A stretch of DNA of 32,000 nucleotides. Source: an uncultured Opitutales bacterium (GTDB taxonomy: Bacteria; Verrucomicrobiota; Verrucomicrobiia; Opitutales; Intestinicryptomonadaceae). Each line of letters starts with the position of its first letter. The first letter of the stretch is position 1. The stretch covers positions 1 to 32,000 of the forward strand of contig CAKUIA010000011.1 of NCBI GenBank assembly GCA_934660865.1, in the 5' to 3' direction. Shown one piece after another: positions 26,680 to 32,000 of the stretch. The notes below the pieces were generated by a model. It saw only the letters and a list, made by a program, of their open reading frames with translations. It was not told where the DNA came from and made no database searches. Made by a program: the position numbers and the translations under genes.

Positions 26680-27251
26680 CTATTTCCTGTCGTCCCTCAA
26701 TGCGTTATTTATACGGTTGAGGGCTTTTTCGTCTCCTATAACTGCGGCATTTGCGTCGAATGCGGAGGCTGTATCCTCGGCACGCATGCGGCGCACAGCC
26801 TTTGCCATATAGCTAAGTCTCAGCGGCGACAAATCCAGTACCGCCTCCCACGTCATAGCGCAGTTTGCACAAAGCCATGCTACGAGTTCGCAGAATTGCC
26901 CCCAAGTTGGGGGTTGTTCTCCTGCTGGGTTTGGCCGAGTATTTGGGCTTGTATTCTGGTTGCCGCGACTTTCCGCTGCAACCAACCCGAAAAAGGGACG
27001 CGGTTAAGCTCGTGGATTTTTTCGAAAAGCCTGCCGCTATCGTCGGGGTATATCATATCCACTTCCTCACGCGTCAAGTCTGTGGCAAATTCCACCAATT
27101 CCGACTCCAACGCAAAAAGCGCAGCATATTCGGCAAAAGCGCGCACAGGCAGGCATTTAACTTTAACTGTTTTTTTGCCGTTTACGGGCTTGTTTAAATC
27201 GACATTTTCGTATCCTAAAAATGTCGCAAGGTCGTTGTCTTTATTGTCCAT
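26680..27251 (-). CDS. Tail assembly chaperone, predicted -1 frameshift fusion product (gpGT-like), about 190 aa
   Basis: ORF 26680..26985 is in the -1 frame relative to 26880..27251 (codon phases 0 and 2 mod 3 on the minus strand). It stays open back through the slippery site at 26991-26997. Confidence 0.55.
26694..26730 (+). terminator. Intrinsic terminator candidate for the antisense small ORF
   Basis: Stem CCCTCAA(26694-26700)/TTGAGGG(26717-26723) with inner CGT/ACG pairs, followed by CTTTTTC (26724-26730). On the minus strand no T-run follows it, so it is directional. Confidence 0.5.
26880..27251 (-). CDS. Tail assembly chaperone (lambda gpG-like position), 123 aa
   Basis: Lies immediately upstream of the TMP-proximal overlapping ORF. 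Start taken as ATG 27251 (MDNKDNDLATF...). The track's 27299 start is a TTG. The protein is acidic and small, as expected for a gpG analogue. Confidence 0.6.
   Translation of the reverse strand: MDNKDNDLATFLGYENVDLNKPVNGKKTVKVKCLPVRAFAEYAALFALESELVEFATDLTREEVDMIYPDDSGRLFEKIHELNRVPFSGWLQRKVAATRIQAQILGQTQQENNPQLGGNSANS
26958..26997 (-). promoter_or_regulatory. Programmed -1 ribosomal frameshift signal (slippery heptamer plus spacer plus hairpin)
   Basis: On the minus strand the heptamer C CCT TTT (26997-26991) is in the zero frame of the G-like ORF (X XXY YYZ). A 7-nt spacer follows, then the hairpin GGTTGC-a-GCG [GAAAGT] CGC-g-GCAACC (26983-26958), which has 9 bp with one mismatch. Confidence 0.6.
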
Positions 27252-27270
27252 ATCGCTGTTTTTAATTGCG

Positions 27271-27300
27271 TTTGCAAAGGCGTTGCAACGCCCATGCAAA
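27271..27300. repeat. 30-bp near-perfect palindrome at the junction between the exported-protein cassette and the chaperone gene
   Basis: The sequence is TTTGCA-aa-GGCGTTGCAACGCC-ca-TGCAAA. The core 14-mer at 27279-27292 is a perfect palindrome, and the outer 6-mers pair. Confidence 0.85.
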
Positions 27301-27311
27301 CATTGTTAAAA

Positions 27312-28022
27312 CTATTTACCCTGCAATTTTTCGTCGATTAAACGCGAGGTTAAGACCTTGCCGATTGCCTGTACCCGCAGGAAATTGGCGTCGTCTAGCT
27401 TATTGTGGGTTATGTACCAATTTTCCAATTCTTTGCATTTTGCCTTTGCTTCGGCAGCAGGCATATCAAGCAAGCCGTCGATTACCGCATTTACATACAG
27501 GCTTTGTGGCATAACTTCAGCAGCGGGTAAGGTACGCATATACGCTTTGTCGCCGAACGAATTTGCCGTAAACAACCTTTCGAACGCGCCCAGCTGTTTG
27601 CCGTTAATCTTAAAATCTGCGGCCTTTAGCTCGTCATACCAATCTTGCGATAAGTATTTAGCAACTTTACCGCTTCGAAGATTGCAAATTACGGCATCGC
27701 TGGCGGTCATTTCGTCGCCGTGATTGTCGTACAATTTTGCAAAGACCATTCGCAAATTTTCATTCTGTTCGATTTGCTCTTTAGTTAGTATTTTAGACTT
27801 GCGCACTTCGTCGGCCGAAAGCGCTGCCAACTCAGATGTTTTCCATGGGTTAAACGCCGCTAATACGTCTGCCTTGTTGTTTTCTGCGTAGGCCATAAGT
27901 GCGGTAAATTCCGCGCCAGTCGCGCGCAATGCGCCGTATTCGGCGGCAAGTTCGGTTGCCGACTTTGCAAAACACAAAACCGACAGAGTTAATGCTATGG
28001 TTGTAGATATTATCTTTTTCAT
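27312..28022 (-). CDS. Exported hypothetical protein (Sec signal peptide), 236 aa, predicted mostly helical
   Basis: N-terminus is MKKIISTTIALTLSVLCFA|KSATE: a basic n-region, a hydrophobic core and a CFA cleavage-like site. The start overlaps the upstream stop as TAATG. AAAGGA lies upstream. Confidence 0.7.
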   Translation of the reverse strand: MKKIISTTIALTLSVLCFAKSATELAAEYGALRATGAEFTALMAYAENNKADVLAAFNPWKTSELAALSADEVRKSKILTKEQIEQNENLRMVFAKLYDNHGDEMTASDAVICNLRSGKVAKYLSQDWYDELKAADFKINGKQLGAFERLFTANSFGDKAYMRTLPAAEVMPQSLYVNAVIDGLLDMPAAEAKAKCKELENWYITHNKLDDANFLRVQAIGKVLTSRLIDEKLQGK

Positions 28023-28315
28023 TATTTGTCCTTTATTGTTGATTTTAAAATTTCGAAATTTGCCAATTTTTCAAAGCCGCTTGATTGTCCAAAATCCCTA
28101 AATATGTACCATAAATAGGTATTAGGCTTTGCCGTGCCGCTTGTGGCTAAGATTTCGGGCGACTTTACGCTATCCAAATATATAACGCCGTTTACAAGTC
28201 GCTCGGCTTCCTTAGCGGTTTGCAACTCGGCTTGTACGGTTTTATAGTAATCAATCAAGTCGTTTGCCGTTGCCGACATTGCCGACAACAAAAGTATTAT
28301 CAGTAATTTTTTCAT
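28022..28315 (-). CDS. Small exported hypothetical protein (Sec signal peptide), 97 aa
   Basis: N-terminus is MKKLLIILLLSAMSATA|NDL. A strong SD (AGGAGGT) lies upstream of the ATG. The gap to the upstream gene is 2 nt. Confidence 0.7.
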   Translation of the reverse strand: MKKLLIILLLSAMSATANDLIDYYKTVQAELQTAKEAERLVNGVIYLDSVKSPEILATSGTAKPNTYLWYIFRDFGQSSGFEKLANFEILKSTIKDK

Positions 28316-28317
28316 TG

Positions 28318-29229
28318 TTATTTTACCTCCTTAAAATCTCCGTAGCCCTCAAGACGCACAGGCCGCCAAAGTTTCTCCGAGAAAAAATATTCGCCTGTGG
28401 TTGTCGTTTGTCGCCAGCAGACAAAGGTATTCTCATCGTTCAGAAAAATCTCATGCAGGTAGTCGCCCCAAACAACCCACTTATAGCCTGCAGCCGTGTT
28501 GGCAGCACTCGAGTTGTCGCCTTTGCCTTGCTTTGGGTAGTTGACGGTATCCAGCGAATTTGCAGCCTTATAAACTGGTACTGCTCGCTCGGTAGTCGAG
28601 TTATAGTCTGGGTAAATCCAAATGCCCGAAATCGCCAAATATTTACCAATGGTTGCCCCAATCGAAGAGTTAAAGTTGGTAAACTTTTCGCGTTCCCCCC
28701 AACACCCACCCGCAGAATTATAAGTATAGTTTTCCCAGTAATATATACTGGGCGATTCGTCGATTAGTTCGGGGTGTAACTTGCGTACGTAGGCAAGCTT
28801 TAAGCCGATTGTCGAGGTAAAATAAATCAAATTGCCGAACTTATCTATGCCCTTAACTTCGCCGTCTGTCCACGCGCGCATGACTACATATTTGTCATTA
28901 TAATAAACAGAATAGCTCGTTATTATAGTCCCATTGGAATTAACTGTTCTTTGCGTTTTTCCCGACGTGTCTTTGTAATAAAAAATGTTGGGATTATAAG
29001 AATAAGAACGATTTTCCGAATGGACGGTATACGCATCTTCGGGGCTGGGTGTTGTATCGATAAAAATTCGAATATCCTGCCGAAAAGCGCGCACATTCTT
29101 TTCAAAGAAAACTGCCTTTTGTGGCTGGGCGATTTCGCTTGTTATTGTGTTAAATGTTACGGGTTTTAAAGCCGCAAAGCAGCCCATTGCAGGAAATAGG
29201 CATAGTAGTAATATTTTAAGAAAGCGCAT
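28318..29229 (-). CDS. Exported hypothetical protein (signal peptide, possibly a lipoprotein), 303 aa, Tyr/Asn/Trp-rich, probably beta-rich
   Basis: N-terminus is MRFLKILLLCLFPAMGCFA|ALKP, with a Cys at position 17 in a weak lipobox-like context. A strong SD (GAGGAGGA) lies upstream. The start overlaps the upstream ORF by 14 nt. Confidence 0.7.
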   Translation of the reverse strand: MRFLKILLLCLFPAMGCFAALKPVTFNTITSEIAQPQKAVFFEKNVRAFRQDIRIFIDTTPSPEDAYTVHSENRSYSYNPNIFYYKDTSGKTQRTVNSNGTIITSYSVYYNDKYVVMRAWTDGEVKGIDKFGNLIYFTSTIGLKLAYVRKLHPELIDESPSIYYWENYTYNSAGGCWGEREKFTNFNSSIGATIGKYLAISGIWIYPDYNSTTERAVPVYKAANSLDTVNYPKQGKGDNSSAANTAAGYKWVVWGDYLHEIFLNDENTFVCWRQTTTTGEYFFSEKLWRPVRLEGYGDFKEVK

Positions 29230-29488
29230 TGTATTCCTCCTCTGTAAGGTAAGTTGGGCTTAAATTGCCGTTTTCGTCTTCGTCGACAACTATATAGCAA
29301 CATTTATTCGTGGCGTTTCGCACGCGCAGTTTTGCGGCGGTTTGCACTGGTATTTGCGCCGAAATTTCTTTTGCCAAAAACGTCGCCAATGCCGACATTG
29401 TAAGCCGACCACGCCCGCAAATAAGCGAGTCGGACAAATCGGGTGAAACCGCGTCAAATTCGGCCAAATCTTTTGCTGGAAAATCCAT
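29216..29488 (-). CDS. Hypothetical phage protein, 90 aa
   Basis: The ATG at 29488 lies 2 nt after the upstream stop, and the ORF is co-oriented in the operon. No motif was recognised. Confidence 0.45.
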   Translation of the reverse strand: MDFPAKDLAEFDAVSPDLSDSLICGRGRLTMSALATFLAKEISAQIPVQTAAKLRVRNATNKCCYIVVDEDENGNLSPTYLTEEEYNALS

Positions 29489-29490
29489 AA

Positions 29491-29982
29491 TTAAAAGGGT
29501 TCGTTGATTGTTATAGCGAAATCCCCAACGCTTAGGACATTGCCGCCAATCAAAATGGCGGTGCTGTTTGCGAGGATTTCGCCCGTCTTAAATTGATACT
29601 TAATGTCGGTGTTTATGCCGACTTCATTCGCAATTTCGGCCGACACCAATACTGCTGCATTAAACTGCAAAAACTTGTTTAACATAGTCTTCACAGTCAA
29701 AACGCCTTTGTATTGGCTGTCGGTATATTGCGACATTTGCGCGATATGGCGCACCGCAAAAAGCTCGGCGCTGCCATAGTTTGCAAATTGTCTGCTTACG
29801 GTTACGCCAATGTTAAACGCAATGCCATCGCCGCGCGGTATTGTTACGGGGCATTTTACGCCGATAATGTCTAAATCCTCATGATTTGGTAGAGACAAAC
29901 TCGGCTTTGCAACCGCAAGGGCGCAAACTCTGGCATCGGCGTCGGAGTTTGCGATTTCAATACTGCCAAGGCGTATGAACAT
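29491..29982 (-). CDS. Hypothetical phage structural-module protein, 163 aa
   Basis: Co-oriented, with an 11-nt gap after the putative major tail protein gene. No signal peptide. No motif was recognised. Confidence 0.5.
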   Translation of the reverse strand: MFIRLGSIEIANSDADARVCALAVAKPSLSLPNHEDLDIIGVKCPVTIPRGDGIAFNIGVTVSRQFANYGSAELFAVRHIAQMSQYTDSQYKGVLTVKTMLNKFLQFNAAVLVSAEIANEVGINTDIKYQFKTGEILANSTAILIGGNVLSVGDFAITINEPF

Positions 29983-29993
29983 TTTTTACAATC

Positions 29994-30959
29994 CTAGTCG
30001 CCTGTGTTTTCGGTTTCGGTTTCAAACTCGAAGTCGGCACTTGCCGTGCCAATCGTAAGCTTGTTGTCGCCGTATTGGTCGCCATGCGCTTCGAATGTAA
30101 TTTCGTCCATAAGAGCGTCTTTTGCGGAGAACGTCGCTGTGGGATCCTTGCAGGCCGCCGATTTAAGCGTAAACAAAAAGTCCCCCTGTTTTGCCCCGCG
30201 CAACACCAAATCGGGATAGCTGGCTACTCCCGCAAACTTGCCGATTTCGTCTGTGGTTGTAATGCCCGTAAGTTTTTGCCAATTTGCAAGGCTTATGTTG
30301 CGCGGTTTAAACTTGGCCGACACCGATATGTCGGTAATGTTTTTGCCGTATTTAATTAAACGGTCGTTTTGCGCGTCTTCGGTAGATAGCGATATTTCAA
30401 TGCTTGCACCGTCGGTATCAAAATCTATGGCTGTATTGCCGCTGCCGTAAATGCCCAAACACCTAAGCATAAATTTGCCTGCGTCTTCAAGGTCGCCGAC
30501 TGTGGGTGCTGCGGTTAATTCGGTGGTCGTTACAAGCGGTGTAGTCGGGTTTAGAGGATCGGGGTATACAGTCCAACCGTGCTCGCCCAAAGGCAAATTT
30601 GCACCGAAAGTAATCGAGCCTATTGTATCGTGGATAGCGGGTGCAAACGCCCACTTAACCCATTTGCCCGAGGCAACGCGGGCAACGATGGACATATTTT
30701 CGACTTTAGGCAAACGCGTACCCTTTACGAGCGACAACTCTTTAAAAAGCGCGTCTGTATTGCTAAAAGCCACGGGCGAGCCCTTAATCGAAATCGACTG
30801 GTCTGTTAATATGTCGCCCGCCTTTATCGAGTTAGACGTCGCTACGTCCAATTTTGTCGAGGTTTTGCTAACCTTAATCGAGTCTTTTATGTACAGCACA
30901 GAGCTCCCGATGAACAGAAACGCCGGTGCTTTAATGTCTTCTAATGGGTATGCTTTCAT
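29994..30959 (-). CDS. Putative major tail (tube) protein, 321 aa (positional call)
   Basis: Follows the connector and terminator-position genes and is preceded by AAGGA. The protein is Thr/Ser/Gly-rich, probably beta-rich, and has an acidic C-tail (FEFETETENTGD). No family motif could be confirmed by eye. Confidence 0.4.
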   Translation of the reverse strand: MKAYPLEDIKAPAFLFIGSSVLYIKDSIKVSKTSTKLDVATSNSIKAGDILTDQSISIKGSPVAFSNTDALFKELSLVKGTRLPKVENMSIVARVASGKWVKWAFAPAIHDTIGSITFGANLPLGEHGWTVYPDPLNPTTPLVTTTELTAAPTVGDLEDAGKFMLRCLGIYGSGNTAIDFDTDGASIEISLSTEDAQNDRLIKYGKNITDISVSAKFKPRNISLANWQKLTGITTTDEIGKFAGVASYPDLVLRGAKQGDFLFTLKSAACKDPTATFSAKDALMDEITFEAHGDQYGDNKLTIGTASADFEFETETENTGD

Positions 30960-30981
30960 TTATATCCTTTTTTGTTTTATG

Positions 30982-31434
30982 TTAAAAATTAACTTGAAAT
31001 TTTATCTTCTGAACGAGAATCATTACGGGTTCGTTTTCTGGCGAAGCGTCTTCCAACGGCTGAAACTGCGGAATGCTACCCTCGAAACGCTCGTTGTAAA
31101 TCGCGTGTACCACACACTCGAGCAAGTTGTCCGCATGGATTTCTACATCGTCTTTTTTTAAATCGTTTGTGGTAACGTTTTCCACTACGCTTACGGCTAT
31201 TAATCCATTTTCGGCCACTATCCCGACAACCCTGTCAGCGTAATCCTGCACCAAATACGGAGATACAACCACGGCAAGCCCGACGCGCGAAAGAGATTCT
31301 TCTATGTCGCTTGCGATGTCTCCTTTTAGGCGCGAAAATATCTGTATGTTTTCGTTCGGTAACACGGCGCGGATTTTTGCGACAATCCATTCCTGTAATT
31401 CGCGCGATTTCGATTTTTTAAAGTGATAGTCCAT
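30982..31434 (-). CDS. Putative tail terminator / head-tail joining protein, 150 aa (positional call)
   Basis: Overlaps the upstream gene by 17 nt. Its size and its position between a gp10-like protein and the putative major tail protein match siphovirus tail terminators. Confidence 0.4.
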   Translation of the reverse strand: MDYHFKKSKSRELQEWIVAKIRAVLPNENIQIFSRLKGDIASDIEESLSRVGLAVVVSPYLVQDYADRVVGIVAENGLIAVSVVENVTTNDLKKDDVEIHADNLLECVVHAIYNERFEGSIPQFQPLEDASPENEPVMILVQKIKFQVNF

Positions 31435-31975
31435 AGTACTGGTTTATGTATAGGTTTATTGTTTCGTTTGCGCCCTTGAGCATTTCGGCTTCGGTCGGGA
31501 ATTTGTCTTTATGCGGCTTAATTACCGCTTTCGGCGTAAGCAAATAGGCGATGCGTATTGCGGCTCCGTCTTTGTAGGCAAGATACCTTTTGCCCATCGC
31601 TCTGCGTTGTCCAAATGTAAAGAGCCTTTTGTAGGTAATTTCACGTGGGTTTCGCCCGAAGAATTCGGACTTAAGCGGTATAGCCAAGTTTTTGCCGTTT
31701 TTCGGACGAACGGTTCCGCCGTAATACTGCAACGCAACGCCGACTTTTTTTACGGCAACAGTTGCCGAAGAATCGGTATTCTTCTTGTAGATTGCTTGCG
31801 AAGCTTCCTGCCAAAAGCGTTTGCCGCCGTTCGAAACAAACTTGTCGCGTAAGTCAACTTCCATGCGTTTGGCAATTTTGCCCATCAATATACTGCGATT
31901 TTTACCCAAACATGAAAGCAATGTATCTAGGTGTTTGCGGGCGTTGTCATTCTGCGATATTGTGATTTTAAGCAT
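31418..31975 (-). CDS. Phage virion morphogenesis / head-tail adaptor protein (HK97 gp10 / Mu gpG-like), 185 aa
   Basis: Strong SD (GGAGGA) upstream. The pattern ...LMGKIAKRMEVDLRDKFVSNGGKRFW...VGVALQYYGGTVRPKNGKNLAIPL resembles the conserved layout of that family as I recall it. This was not verified by search. Confidence 0.5.
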   Translation of the reverse strand: MLKITISQNDNARKHLDTLLSCLGKNRSILMGKIAKRMEVDLRDKFVSNGGKRFWQEASQAIYKKNTDSSATVAVKKVGVALQYYGGTVRPKNGKNLAIPLKSEFFGRNPREITYKRLFTFGQRRAMGKRYLAYKDGAAIRIAYLLTPKAVIKPHKDKFPTEAEMLKGANETINLYINQYYGLSL

Positions 31976-32000
31976 TTAAATCCTCCGCTTTTAATTGGTT

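Larger units (their letters stand above)
21917..32000 (-). mobile_element. Partial prophage or phage-derived element (siphovirus-like head-tail connector and tail module), extending beyond the window end
   Basis: An uninterrupted minus-strand array with tiny gaps or overlaps. It contains a TP901-type tape measure protein, an overlapping chaperone pair in a -1 frame relationship, and a virion-morphogenesis-like protein. It abuts housekeeping genes at 21.9 kb. Confidence 0.8.

Noticed and set aside
26490-26720. Track ORF 26490..26720(+), 76 aa
   Set aside because: Its composition is not protein-like (Arg/Cys/Tyr-rich). It runs through the promoter-like element and the terminator hairpin. The 45-aa ORF in the other frame (26536..26673) has an ATG, an RBS-like element and a clean TM helix.
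26899-26913. CCCCC...GGGGG run (AAC CCC CAA CTT GGG GGC) as the frameshift site
   Set aside because: Neither run fits X XXY YYZ in the zero frame. The CCCTTTT heptamer upstream does fit and has a correctly spaced hairpin.
26680-26985. ORF 26680..26985(-) as an independent gene with its own start
   Set aside because: The apparent start is a TTG without an RBS, inside the upstream ORF. The -1 frame relationship, the slippery heptamer and the hairpin make a G/GT frameshift extension the better explanation.
28264-28767. Plus-strand ORF 28264..28767 (167 aa) opposite the 303-aa exported-protein gene
   Set aside because: It is an antisense shadow with no RBS or motif, whereas the minus-strand gene has a strong SD, a signal peptide and operon continuity.
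1-32000. CRISPR arrays, rRNA genes, IS elements or transposase genes, integrase
   Set aside because: No regularly spaced direct repeats, rRNA-like sequence, transposase or integrase motifs, or terminal inverted repeats bracketing a gene were seen on either strand within this window.

Overview
The window has two parts. Positions 1-21.9 kb are ordinary conserved bacterial chromosome. They carry a tRNA-Ser(CGA), a histidine-decarboxylase-family PLP enzyme, class II FBP aldolase, an ABC-F ATPase, an Nramp-related transporter with a degenerate metal site, a patatin-like lipase, yajC-secDF, recJ, a tightly packed lptB-hprK-metH-SEDS run, an RNase E/G-family gene and tlyA. Most host genes lack a clear Shine-Dalgarno sequence and GC looks to be about 45-50% by eye. 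The taxon cannot be determined from the sequence alone; an FCB-group or Fibrobacter-like organism is only a guess. From about 21.9 kb to the window end, all on the minus strand, lies the tail-proximal half of a siphovirus-like prophage or phage-derived element. In transcription order it encodes a virion-morphogenesis/gp10-like protein, a tail-terminator-position protein, a putative major tail protein and two small unknown proteins. These are followed by three Sec-signal-bearing proteins, a G/GT chaperone pair with a canonical -1 frameshift signal, a 1186-aa tape measure protein and one post-TMP gene. The element then stops abruptly against tlyA, with no tail tip, fibre or lysis genes in view. 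Three things deserve a second look. First, the translationally coupled three-gene exported-protein cassette sits inside the tail operon. Second, a complete antisense unit (promoter, 45-aa membrane peptide, terminator) lies between the chaperone and TMP genes. Third, the element/host junction holds a terminator hairpin carrying four TTGCA words at an exact 11-bp spacing. All functional calls rest on motifs read by eye. No database search was run.
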